Shown: in pieces, positions 28,131 to 37,651 of the stretch
How positions within the stretch are numbered: position 1 is the first letter of the stretch
Layout of the letters: the number at the start of each line of letters is the position of its first letter
Source of the DNA: a virus
Lineage: Duplodnaviria; Caudoviricetes
Virus record (IMG/VR): IMGVR_UViG_3300028914_000078
Location: 3,752 to 67,751 of that record
Direction: 5' to 3' (one strand)
Length of the DNA stretch: 64,000 nucleotides
Made by a program: the position numbers and the translations under genes
The notes under the pieces: generated by a model
Told to the model about the DNA's origin: nothing
Seen by the model: only the letters and a program-made list of their open reading frames with translations
Databases searched by the model: none

Positions 28131-29590
28131 GAATAACCGAGAAAGGCATCAACGACAATCAGACCATCGCACTGTGCATGATGGCCTATGACGACAAGTT
28201 CACCTCTGAGGTCGGATTTCAGATCGCCGACACAGTATGGGAGGATGACTGGGCGCGTCTTCTTTCCAACTGGATATGCGAGTACGTGCGCAGCTACGGG
28301 GTGGCTCCATGTGACAACATATATAAGCTCGCCCTCGAGCGCAGAGGCTCCATACTCGACGAGGATACGGCAGACTCGGTATGCTCATTCACCAAGGCAA
28401 TAGCAGCATACCGTGAGGAGCATGCAGACCTGTTCAGGAACCACAAGTTCGTGGCGGACACGGTGCTCACGTGGGCGCGCAGGCGTAGCCTCGAGGTGCT
28501 CGGTCAGCAGATAAACAACGCTATGGACGATGGCAATGTCGCGAGGGCCGAGGAGGCCCTTCACCGCTATGCCGAGATAAGGCGTGTCGAGTGCACAGCC
28601 ACAGACATCATGCAGGACATCGGACGTATCGCATCAGCCTACGACGAGGATGACGGAGAGCTCATGACCCTCAAAGGAGACTTGGGCAGGATGACAGGCC
28701 CCCTTGCGAGAGGCGACCTCATGCTCATAATGGGAGAGAGCGGAACAGGAAAGTCGTGGGTGTCGATGGAGATCGGCATGCAGGCCATGAAGCAAGGCTT
28801 GTCTGTGCTGTACGTCAACTTGGAGAACTCGGACAGGCAGATGGTGCGCAGGATATACTCCAACATGACAGGTCTGCCGAAGACCACCATGAGATGCCGC
28901 TTCCCTTACTTCCGTAAAGTCGATTCCGTGTTCGATGACGAGACCGGTGAGGAGACCGCCACGAAGTGGGAGATCTGCTATCGTGAGAAGGTTCTGTCAC
29001 CGCCATCTACAAGCAGCGACGACATAGCTGCCTTCCTCAAAAGGCAGAGACTTGAGACAAACGGGGGAAGGTTCTACTTGATGTCCTTCCCGCCGAGGAC
29101 TTTGTCTGTGCGCGACTTGGAGCGTGAGCTCGACAACCTCAGGGATTTCAAGAATTTCATCCCTGATGTCGTGATAGTAGACTATATAGACTTGCTCAGA
29201 CCTGAGGTCAGGGAAGACAGGAGACTTCAGATAGACTCCATCTGCTTGGGTCTGCGCTCAATGGCGTTGGCGAGGGACATTCTGATCATCTCGCCGACAC
29301 AGATAAACAGAGCCGGGTACGGACGCGATGTCCGCAAGGAAAACATGTCTGAGAACATCGGAAACATCAACCACAGTGCGGTTGTATGGGGCCTGAACCA
29401 CACAGACAGGGAAAAGGATGCCGGTATCACCCGAATAAGGGTGCTGAAGAGAAGAGACGGAACGCAGAACGGTGAGTTCTGCCTCTGTGTCGGCTGTCTC
29501 GACGTGGGAAGGCCGATAATGAGCTCTAGGATGATGAAAGACGTAGTCACAAGCGAAGGAACAGCTATGGATATGGAGGACGACGAATGA
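28127..29590 (+). CDS. Replicative helicase (DnaB-like)
   Basis: Walker A 'GESGTGKS', 'VIVDYIDLL', 'PTQINR', 'KRRDG'. Confidence 0.9.
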   Translation: MRITEKGINDNQTIALCMMAYDDKFTSEVGFQIADTVWEDDWARLLSNWICEYVRSYGVAPCDNIYKLALERRGSILDEDTADSVCSFTKAIAAYREEHADLFRNHKFVADTVLTWARRRSLEVLGQQINNAMDDGNVARAEEALHRYAEIRRVECTATDIMQDIGRIASAYDEDDGELMTLKGDLGRMTGPLARGDLMLIMGESGTGKSWVSMEIGMQAMKQGLSVLYVNLENSDRQMVRRIYSNMTGLPKTTMRCRFPYFRKVDSVFDDETGEETATKWEICYREKVLSPPSTSSDDIAAFLKRQRLETNGGRFYLMSFPPRTLSVRDLERELDNLRDFKNFIPDVVIVDYIDLLRPEVREDRRLQIDSICLGLRSMALARDILIISPTQINRAGYGRDVRKENMSENIGNINHSAVVWGLNHTDREKDAGITRIRVLKRRDGTQNGEFCLCVGCLDVGRPIMSSRMMKDVVTSEGTAMDMEDDE

Positions 29591-29770
29591 CTTTGACTGA
29601 TTTGTTCAAGGAACTGCTTAAAGCAGGAGAGAAGGCGGGTCTCGGTGCCGAAGTGCTTACCGCAGACGGGAACATAGTGACGAGAGTCACATCACGCAAG
29701 GATGAGGTAGTCCTTGTCACTGAGGAAGGGGAGAAAAGCCCCCAGCTCGAGCTTTTCGGAGGAGATGGCA

Positions 29771-29968
29771 ATGTCTAAGCCCATACCTACAACAAAACAC
29801 AAGGGAGTGGATCCTGCTTCCTACACGCATGCGTTCTGCATGACCAAGACGACATGGAATATCGTGAAGAACTACGCCATAGAGCAGAACCTGTCATACT
29901 CAGCTGCGCTGCGTGAGATTCTTCTTGTCGGATGGGAGACCATCAAACGCAACAGGAGCGGCTTATGA
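29771..29968 (+). CDS. Small RHH-like DNA-binding protein
   Basis: 'HAFCMTKTTWNIVKNYAIEQNLSYSAALREIL'. Confidence 0.5.
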   Translation: MSKPIPTTKHKGVDPASYTHAFCMTKTTWNIVKNYAIEQNLSYSAALREILLVGWETIKRNRSGL

Positions 29969-30474
29969 GCAAGAAGCTGATAATCGGTATCGACAACGGC
30001 GTTACCGGCACGATAGCCTGCAAGGCGGGCAACGACGAGTGGTTCTTCCTCACACCTGTGAAGAAAGAGCAGAACTACGTCAAGAAGAAGGACATGATAA
30101 GCCGCATCGACGTGAACGATCTCTCGCAGAAACTCAAGCATGTCATGGAGAGTGTCGGAGCACTCCCACAGGAGTGTCTCGCCATATTGGAGAGGCCCCT
30201 TGTGAACCCTACGAGGTTCAAGGCCACCCTCTCAGCCATCAGGGCACTGGAGGCCACTATCTGCACTCTCGAAGCTCTCGGTCTGCCTTACATGTATATA
30301 GACAGCCGCGAATGGCAGAGGGAGATCCTCCCAAAGGGCTGTGAAGGAGAAGAGCTGAAGAAGGCATCGGCTGACATCGGATGCAGGCTTTACCCGCAGA
30401 GAGCCGAGCTCATCCGAAAGCACAAGGACGCCGACGGACTGCTCATCGCACACTGGGGAAGCCTCCATTTCTGA
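29965..30474 (+). CDS. RuvC-like Holliday junction resolvase
   Basis: 'IIGIDNGVTG', 'AILERP', 'WQR..LPKG', 'DADGLLIA'. Confidence 0.85.
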   Translation: MSKKLIIGIDNGVTGTIACKAGNDEWFFLTPVKKEQNYVKKKDMISRIDVNDLSQKLKHVMESVGALPQECLAILERPLVNPTRFKATLSAIRALEATICTLEALGLPYMYIDSREWQREILPKGCEGEELKKASADIGCRLYPQRAELIRKHKDADGLLIAHWGSLHF

Positions 30475-30521
30475 ACCGTTTCCCGGTTTCGATGTTCTAA
30501 TATGTACAAAGGAGCGAATAC

Positions 30522-31604
30522 ATGAAGACAAAAGAGCTTTTGAACGTGGTCGCACAGACTATGTCAGGATGCAAGACCAATGATGAGGGACACCGCAACC
30601 TCCTGTTCAAGGACGGTTATATATATGCATGGTCAAGCGCACTCAGCGTGTCAGCCAAACAGCCCGACGGATGCGACCTCAATGGAATCGTGGATGGTGC
30701 GGCACTTGCGCTGTTCCTCACACGTCTCGGACGTGACGAGGTCGAGATCACAGGCGAGGAAGGACGCTGGCATTTCGTGGCAGGTAATGCGGAGGCCGAC
30801 ATCGCCACCAAGAAGGATGACCAGCTCGAAAGGAGCATCGCCAAGAGAAACGACGAGGAGCTGGAGTGGAAGGCTCTGCCGAAGAACTTCTACGAGTGTC
30901 TCGCCATCTGCGACATCCCCAACAACATGTATGTGAAGGCTGGCGTTTTTGTCAGTGGCGACCTCATGGTATCTACCGACAACAAGCGGGTGAACAGGGC
31001 GACCATGAAAGGCACGATGGACGCAGCCGTGCTGATGGCACCCTACTCGGTATCGGAGATACTGCGCCTTGGTGTGAAGTTCACTGAGTATGCCATCACT
31101 GACAGATGGGTGAACTTCAGGACGACGGCAGAGGGCACGGAGCTCCTGACTTTCTCATGCAACCGCCTCGGAGACGAGACGAACTATCCTTATGAGAAAT
31201 ATGTGGGCCTCATCGACAAGGCGATGGAAGGCACGCTGGTGAACGGCAGATTCCCCGACCTTGGACAGGCGCTTGTGCTTGCACAGTGCTTCGACGAGAG
31301 CGTGAACGAGAGTACAGCCGTGCTCAACAACGTGATCTCGCTCAAGTTCGACAAGAGCAAGCTCACAATCTTCTCTGAGAGAGGCAACAACGGCTCGATA
31401 GGCCGCTACCGCGAGACATTCAAGTATCCCGATGACAAGCCTCTCGCCATTGAAAGCCCTGTCACGGTGCGTGTCTCCGCTCCCTTCCTCATCAGCGCAT
31501 TGAACCACACGAAGAACTTCAGACTCTCCTATGTGGGGAGCAGGGCGCTCCTTGTACTCAACGGAGAGTTCTTCGACACAGTTCTTCAGGTCATAGGGGG
31601 TTGA
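30522..31604 (+). CDS. Sliding clamp (DNA pol III beta-like)
   Basis: 360 aa three-domain size; 'NLLFKDGYIYAW', 'MVSTDNKRV', 'YP', 'VSAPFLISAL'. Confidence 0.7.
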   Translation: MKTKELLNVVAQTMSGCKTNDEGHRNLLFKDGYIYAWSSALSVSAKQPDGCDLNGIVDGAALALFLTRLGRDEVEITGEEGRWHFVAGNAEADIATKKDDQLERSIAKRNDEELEWKALPKNFYECLAICDIPNNMYVKAGVFVSGDLMVSTDNKRVNRATMKGTMDAAVLMAPYSVSEILRLGVKFTEYAITDRWVNFRTTAEGTELLTFSCNRLGDETNYPYEKYVGLIDKAMEGTLVNGRFPDLGQALVLAQCFDESVNESTAVLNNVISLKFDKSKLTIFSERGNNGSIGRYRETFKYPDDKPLAIESPVTVRVSAPFLISALNHTKNFRLSYVGSRALLVLNGEFFDTVLQVIGG

Positions 31605-31605
31605 C

Positions 31606-34257
31606 GTGGGGCTTTTCGATGATGATATGACGAAAGGCAAGGTGCGGAACTTCCGCCCCGGCTGTGAGATCTCATGCCTCCAATGTCTCAACTGCACCTC
31701 CCCGAAGCTCTCGCATATAGCCGAGCAGAAGGGAGGCATCCTGTTTATTGCAGACGAGCCGACTGCCGCACAGGACAGGTCAGGCAATCCGTTCACCGGC
31801 ACATACCGCACCATCATGGAGACAGCCGAGGAGTACGGTTACCCGACCGATAAACTCAGCTTCTGCTTCGCTTGTGCCTGCAACGGCGCGGGCATAGCGG
31901 ATATGAAGGGCGACAAATACATGCTTCAGCTCGAGTCCTGTCATGATGTTCTCATGAAGAACATAGAGAAGGCTGACCCGAGCATCATAGTGACCCTCGG
32001 TGAGGTTGCTTGGGATGCCTTGAAGCTCAAGTCGTTCACAGGCCGTCTTGAGGGACTCAGATATGTCGAGGACATCGCATACTCCTACATCCCCGACCAA
32101 GACATGAGGCGTTGGATAGCGACATGTCTCTCACCTAGGCAGATAGCGGTTCTGATGGACGACAGGCAGACAGAGGATACAGGAGCGTACTATCGCCGTG
32201 AGTACAAGCGCATGATGCGGCGTGTGTTCACGGACGACTGGACTGTGTTCCCCGACTACAACCACCTCGGAGACCACGTGCAGATATGTCAGAGTGCGGA
32301 TGAGGCCAAGAGTAGACTCAGACGCATACTCAAGGTGAAGCCCGAGAGGCTTGCCTTCGACTTCGAGACCGAAGGACTCAAACTCGAGCGTGAGGACTTG
32401 GACATAGTGTGCGTGGGAATCGCCTGTGACGGATTACTCACGTCAATGGACTGGTATAGGGGCGATGAGGAGTTCATCGACCTATTCAGACAGATAATGC
32501 AGGATCCCGAGATAGGGAAGATAGCGCATCATGCGAAGTACGAGGCACGCTGTGTTCTCGACAAGCTGAAGGTGTTGCCCGAGCCTTGGGCGTGGGATTC
32601 CATGTATGGTGCGAGAATCCTCAACAACAAGAAACGCTGCGGACTCAAGCCGTTGGTATATCTCACATTCGGGATTTCGGGCTACGATTCGATAGAGTGG
32701 TGCCTCGACACACCTGACGGTGAGGATGAGGAAGATAAGTGGGGCAGTAACCACAGGAACAGCCTCATGAGGAACTACACAAAAGACCCCGACGTGAGAG
32801 CCGACGCTCTGTACTATGTCGCACAGGATGCTTTGTACTCACTCCTTCTGTCTGAGATGCAGATGGAGGAGATGAAGAAGATCCCGCACCTTCAGAAGGG
32901 CGAGGAGCTCTTCCGCTCGCTCATCAATCCGCTTGTGAACGTAGAGGTGCACGGGATGGTCATAGACAAGGACGTTGTGGCCGCCAATATCGCCAAGTGC
33001 AATGACATCTACAATGACATCGTGAGGCAGATAGGTGAAGACCGCATGGTGAGGAGTCTTTGGGACGAAGAGAAAGAAGAGCATGCGTTTGACTTCAACA
33101 GCAGCTCAGACCTCGGTCATCTGCTGTACGAGCTTGCCGGTGAGGAGAAGGCTTTCACCACGAAGGGGAAGTATCTTCTCGACAGTGCGACACTTGAACG
33201 CATGCCTTATCCTGTGACAGACAACATCCTCGAGGCACGCAGGATAGCGAAGATAAGGGACACATATCTCGCCAACCTCGACAGGGAGTCTGTTTGGGAT
33301 TCCAAGGAACAGGATTACATACTTCATGCGGTCAACAACCTGCATGTTGCCGACACCTTCCGTTCATCATCGAGCGGAGGCATCAACCTACAGAACATTC
33401 CGTCGCATGACAAACGGGCTCTCTCACTCGTCCGCTCATGCATCCTTCCTCAAAAGGGCAGGTGCATCCTCGGAGGGGACTTCAGGGCACTCGAGGTCAC
33501 CATCGGATGTTCGATCCACCATGACAGGAACATGCTGTCGTTCTTGGAGAGCGGTGGAGACATGCACAGAGCCACGCTCTTGGACACGTTCGTGCTCACA
33601 CCTGAGGAGGCAGATGCCATGCCGAAGGACATGTACAAGAAGTTCAGAGGGTATGCGAAGCGCGAGAACTTCTGTTTCTTCTATGGTGGCGGAGCCAAGC
33701 TGATGGGCAACACCCTGTGGAAAGATGCGAACCACGAGCCTGTGGTCATGGAGCACCTCAACAGCAAGAGGTTGGGCGACTACGACCGGTTTATGGAGCA
33801 CATCAGGGACGTTCTGACCCGTCTGTGGGAGAAGCAGTTCCCCCAGTACGGGCAGTGGCGCAAGGACATCTATGCCTTCTATCAGAAACATGGATACGTG
33901 GACTTGGTGGACGGGTTCAGGTGTTACGGGCCAATGTCCTCGATGCAGGCTACCAACGCACCCATACAAGGCCCTGCAAGCCATGTCCTTCTTTGGAGCC
34001 TCGGTCAGATAGACAGGGAACTCAAGGAGAAAGGCATGAAGAGCTACATCGTGAATCAGATTCACGACGCCATGTACCTTTCTGTCGTCAAGGATGAAGA
34101 GGAAGAGGTGAAGCGGCTCATGCGGAAGTGGATGGTTGAGGAATCAGCCAATCATTTCCCGTGGATCTCCGCTCCGCTTGCAGTAGAGGTAGAGAGAACT
34201 GAGTACCGTGAGGACGGGGGCAACTGGAGTCAGGAAGTGGAGCTCGGCATGGTCTGA
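31606..34257 (+). CDS. Family A DNA polymerase with N-terminal UDG-like domain and 3'-5' exonuclease
   Basis: Exo 'FDFETEG','HHAKYE','YVAQDA'; motif A 'DFRALE', B 'RGYAKRENF..FYG', C 'QIHDA'; N-terminal 'CLQC..C..ILFIADEP...D..G.PFTG'. Confidence 0.92.
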   Translation: MGLFDDDMTKGKVRNFRPGCEISCLQCLNCTSPKLSHIAEQKGGILFIADEPTAAQDRSGNPFTGTYRTIMETAEEYGYPTDKLSFCFACACNGAGIADMKGDKYMLQLESCHDVLMKNIEKADPSIIVTLGEVAWDALKLKSFTGRLEGLRYVEDIAYSYIPDQDMRRWIATCLSPRQIAVLMDDRQTEDTGAYYRREYKRMMRRVFTDDWTVFPDYNHLGDHVQICQSADEAKSRLRRILKVKPERLAFDFETEGLKLEREDLDIVCVGIACDGLLTSMDWYRGDEEFIDLFRQIMQDPEIGKIAHHAKYEARCVLDKLKVLPEPWAWDSMYGARILNNKKRCGLKPLVYLTFGISGYDSIEWCLDTPDGEDEEDKWGSNHRNSLMRNYTKDPDVRADALYYVAQDALYSLLLSEMQMEEMKKIPHLQKGEELFRSLINPLVNVEVHGMVIDKDVVAANIAKCNDIYNDIVRQIGEDRMVRSLWDEEKEEHAFDFNSSSDLGHLLYELAGEEKAFTTKGKYLLDSATLERMPYPVTDNILEARRIAKIRDTYLANLDRESVWDSKEQDYILHAVNNLHVADTFRSSSSGGINLQNIPSHDKRALSLVRSCILPQKGRCILGGDFRALEVTIGCSIHHDRNMLSFLESGGDMHRATLLDTFVLTPEEADAMPKDMYKKFRGYAKRENFCFFYGGGAKLMGNTLWKDANHEPVVMEHLNSKRLGDYDRFMEHIRDVLTRLWEKQFPQYGQWRKDIYAFYQKHGYVDLVDGFRCYGPMSSMQATNAPIQGPASHVLLWSLGQIDRELKEKGMKSYIVNQIHDAMYLSVVKDEEEEVKRLMRKWMVEESANHFPWISAPLAVEVERTEYREDGGNWSQEVELGMV

Positions 34258-34260
34258 GTG

Positions 34261-34289
34261 TTCCACTTCTGTGGCACATTGTTCTAATA
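34261..34289 (+). promoter_or_regulatory. Repeated promoter-like motif, copy 2
   Basis: TTCCAC-14 nt-GTTCTAATA just before the 34293 ORF. Confidence 0.65.
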
Positions 34290-34292
34290 GGA

Positions 34293-34918
34293 ATGGAGGA
34301 AGACATGGAAGAAGGTCTTTTTGAGAAGAACGAGAGAAGAGGCAGATGCACATGCTTGGAGAAGGCGAAGCCGCTCGCCATGCGCTCCCTTACTATCCGC
34401 TCTTATTTCCCCAGCAGGGTTTGGGGGCGCGCCAAGGAAAGCTATGACGGGCGCAAGCTGCTTGTAGTCAAGTGCAACCGTTGTGGGAGGGTTTGGCATG
34501 AGTATGGAAGGAACAGCAGGTTTTGGAAGCTCATCGACGATTCACCTGACATGGGCGGTGAGCGTCTTGTGACATTGAACATGGAGGAGACATGAATAAA
34601 AGGAAACTGAAGAGGAAGATGGGCAGGCTGTCTGAGGCCGATTGTGCGGTGCTGTCCTATGTGATGCAGGAGCGTCTGATCATGAACATGGCCGAGAGGC
34701 GCATGGAAGACAACAAGAACAATGACGATTTCTGCCAAGGAATAGCCATTGTGGCGTACGGGCTCGGTTATGACTGCGGGAAGAACGATGACGGTAAGTG
34801 GGTGTTTGAGCGTGATCGCGACGGACTCCCGAAAAAGGACTGGTCTAGAACATCCGAGATTCTGCTCGAGTCCTCATCACCTTTCTCTGCCAAGGCCGAT
34901 GATTCCAAGGAGGAGTGA
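34293..34918 (+). CDS. Two small hypothetical genes (34293-34595, 34592-34918)
   Basis: ATGA-coupled, RBS-like GGAG; the first has Cys pairs. Confidence 0.55.
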
Positions 34919-34919
34919 C

Positions 34920-35858
34920 ATGGGAAACGACATGGAACTTGCAAGGCGGTGCAGACCGGCTACACTGGACGACATGTGGGGCAACGAGTCCGTGGTGGGC
35001 AGTCTCAAGGCACTGCTGAACAACCCCAAACGCCCGCAGACATACCTGTTCAAGGGCCCCGGGGGAACCGGCAAGACAACTGCGGCACGTGCTTTCGCAC
35101 ACGACCTCGGGATTGACGAGCTGGACATTAAGGAGATGAACGCATCGGACAACAACGGAGTTGACGACATGCGCGCTCTTATGGACGAGCTTCAGTACAG
35201 AGGATGGGGTAACGGAAGGGCGGTGATACTGGATGAGTGCCACAGGCTCTCAGCCGCAGCTCAGTCGAGCATACTCAAGCTCACTGAGGAGCCTCCTGAG
35301 GGATGCTACATGTTGCTCTGCACGACAGACCCGCAGCAGTTGAGCAAGCCCCTCCTCACACGATGTGTGCAGATGGAGCTGCGCCCGATAACCGAAGACG
35401 AGATGATCCGCAGACTCAAGGGCGTCTGCAAGACCGAGGGCATGGACATATCGGTTGATGTGCTTGAGTCCGTGGCTGACAAATGTGAGGGCGTGCCTAG
35501 AGTGGCACTCAAGCTGCTCGACAAGGTGAACGGGATGGACGAGGACTCCGCCCTGAAGCTGCTCTCCAAGGAAAAGGCCGGTGACGACATGGCCCCCGAT
35601 GTGAAGAAGCTCTGCAACCTGCTCCTCAAGGGAGCCGCGTGGGGGGACATCGCCGATATACTGAAGAAGATAAAGGGAAGTGACGCAGAAGGCGTGAGGA
35701 GACAGATAGCGGGCTACATGGCTGCTGTACTCCTCAACAGAGGACAGGCGAAAGCCGCATGCATACTCAGTTACTTCACCGACAGTTTCTTCACGAGCGG
35801 CTTCTCGGGATTGGTCTATGCCTGTTACGGAGCACTTGAGGAGAGCAGAGGTCTATGA
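34920..35858 (+). CDS. Clamp loader AAA+ subunit (DnaX-like)
   Basis: 'RPATLDDMWGN', 'GPGGTGKTT', 'NASDNNGVDDMR', 'ILDECHRL', 'LLTRC'. Confidence 0.9.
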   Translation: MGNDMELARRCRPATLDDMWGNESVVGSLKALLNNPKRPQTYLFKGPGGTGKTTAARAFAHDLGIDELDIKEMNASDNNGVDDMRALMDELQYRGWGNGRAVILDECHRLSAAAQSSILKLTEEPPEGCYMLLCTTDPQQLSKPLLTRCVQMELRPITEDEMIRRLKGVCKTEGMDISVDVLESVADKCEGVPRVALKLLDKVNGMDEDSALKLLSKEKAGDDMAPDVKKLCNLLLKGAAWGDIADILKKIKGSDAEGVRRQIAGYMAAVLLNRGQAKAACILSYFTDSFFTSGFSGLVYACYGALEESRGL

Positions 35859-35945
35859 TATTATTCAGAAGGAAGGAACAGCCCTAAACAACCCTTCCTT
35901 CATGTGTGGCAGGAAAGTTAAAGATTTCCTGCCTTTTCTTTTCTG

Positions 35946-35974
35946 TTCCACTTCCCAGCCGAACTGTTCTAATA
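35946..35974 (+). promoter_or_regulatory. Repeated promoter-like motif, copy 3
   Basis: TTCCAC-14 nt-GTTCTAATA, then GAAGGAGG RBS and ATG at 35994. Confidence 0.65.
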
Positions 35975-35993
35975 AGAGGTGAAGGAGGAAAAC

Positions 35994-36476
35994 ATGGCAA
36001 ACGCACTTGAACGTGATGTCTCGATTGACAAGTACCATCTTGACGACGAGGCACAGAACCTCCCTTCAATCATGGGCAAGTACCATGAGAAAGTCTACAA
36101 AAGGTCGCAGGAGCTCTCACAGCTTGAGCTCGCCCTTGAGAAGGAGGAGGCGGTTGCAAGGAAGAATGTCCGCGAGGAGTTTCAGCTGAAAGGCGTGAAG
36201 TTCACTGTGGACATGGTGAATGACGGGGTGGCACTCACAGAGGCTGTACACCAGCTTCGTATGGATGTTGCCGACGCCCGTGCGGAGATCATGTATCTGA
36301 AAGGCATCTTGTCCGCGCTGGATGCCAAGAAGTCGAGTCTGAACAATCTTGTCAGCCTCTACTGCAAGGCATACTACGATAACGAGAAGGCCAAGAACGG
36401 CGACTACCGCGAAGCCGATATACTGCACACAGAGACCCTAAGGGATAACGGAAGGGTCGAGATTACAAGGAGATGA
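35994..36476 (+). CDS. UvsY-like recombination mediator (coiled coil)
   Basis: 'VSIDKYHLDDEAQNLP', helical, 'ALDAKKSSLNNLVSLY'; next to SSB and RecA. Confidence 0.55.
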   Translation: MANALERDVSIDKYHLDDEAQNLPSIMGKYHEKVYKRSQELSQLELALEKEEAVARKNVREEFQLKGVKFTVDMVNDGVALTEAVHQLRMDVADARAEIMYLKGILSALDAKKSSLNNLVSLYCKAYYDNEKAKNGDYREADILHTETLRDNGRVEITRR

Positions 36477-36478
36477 AC

Positions 36479-37594
36479 ATGGCAAAGAAGTACAACTTCT
36501 CGGGCCTCAACAAGCAGTTTGGGGACAGCATGAAGACGAAGGAAGCATACTCCTCCGCAAGCGGAGCATCCGCATCGAAGCTCTTCGACACAAAGGTGTT
36601 CGGGAGCGTACCCTTCCTCAAGATGAAGAAGGGGGAGAACTACATCCTCAGATTCGTTCCCTACGTGGTCGACGAATCTCATCCTAAGGTCAAGGAAGGC
36701 AAGCTCGAGAAGGGCGATTACGCCTACGTCCTTGATTTCACACAGCATGCGATCGGCCCCAACAACACCCGTGTCGTATGCCCGAGAGGAACATACGGAC
36801 ATCCGTGCCCGGTATGTGACAAGGCTTTCGCCCTCCGCAAGGAAGGAGCCTCCAAAGAGGAGACAGATGCCTTCAAGGCAAGCAGGAGAGTGTTGTACAA
36901 CGTAGTTCTTTCCGACGACCCCAGCAAAGTCTACATCCTGTCAGAGTCTCATTTCCTCTTCGAGAAGGAGTTCCTCACTGAACTGGACAAGGGCGATGAC
37001 AATGGAGAGGAGTACAACCTCGCCGACTTCTGTGTGGGAGCCACAGAGGGAACCAAGGAGCATCCGCTTCTCGCCCTCAAGATCAAGGTCACGACTGACA
37101 AGCTCGGCACACGTGAGTTCAACCGCTATTCCTTCAAGGTCGTGAAGTACACGGGCGATGTGGATGAGAGCGTCCTTGACGAGGCCGTTCCCCTCCACAA
37201 GGCACTCATCGAGCTGAAGCCGACTGAGCTCGAGACCATCATGTATGGAGCAGCCACAGCTGACTTCGATGAGGACGAGGAAGACGAGGACGACATCCCT
37301 AGACTCGTCATCGGCAAACCCGACACACAGGGCAAAGACCTCCCGAAGAAGAGGAAGAAAGCCGACGAGGACGAGGATGAGGAAGATGAGGATCTTCCGA
37401 AGAGAAAGAAGGCGTCAGCCGTCTACGACGAAGCAGACGACGATGACGACGAGGACGAGGAAGAGGAAACCCCTTCCTGTCCGAGCGGCTATGAGTTCGG
37501 TGGCAAGCGCGCAGGATTCGAGGATGAGTGCGATGATTGCCCCTACTACAGCGAGTGCAGAGCAGAAAGGAAGAGACGCAAGTCCCTTGCTTGA
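36479..37594 (+). CDS. Single-stranded DNA-binding protein (gp32-like)
   Basis: 'LRFVPY', 'HAIGPNNTRVVCP..TYGHPCPVC', 'RRVLYNV'; long acidic tail with terminal Cys cluster. Confidence 0.8.
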   Translation: MAKKYNFSGLNKQFGDSMKTKEAYSSASGASASKLFDTKVFGSVPFLKMKKGENYILRFVPYVVDESHPKVKEGKLEKGDYAYVLDFTQHAIGPNNTRVVCPRGTYGHPCPVCDKAFALRKEGASKEETDAFKASRRVLYNVVLSDDPSKVYILSESHFLFEKEFLTELDKGDDNGEEYNLADFCVGATEGTKEHPLLALKIKVTTDKLGTREFNRYSFKVVKYTGDVDESVLDEAVPLHKALIELKPTELETIMYGAATADFDEDEEDEDDIPRLVIGKPDTQGKDLPKKRKKADEDEDEEDEDLPKRKKASAVYDEADDDDDEDEEEETPSCPSGYEFGGKRAGFEDECDDCPYYSECRAERKRRKSLA

Positions 37595-37651
37595 TAAAGG
37601 AGCAGGTGGGGGTGGGATTTCCGCCCCCACCATTTTCTTAAAGGAGCAGAC

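Noticed and set aside
31606-34257. Intein or intron in PolA, helicase or RecA
   Set aside because: Lengths and motif spacing are normal, and no C/S...HN splice motifs or LAGLIDADG/HNH inserts were seen.
37260-37470. GACGAG/GATGAG repeats as a functional DNA repeat
   Set aside because: They simply encode the acidic tail of the SSB.
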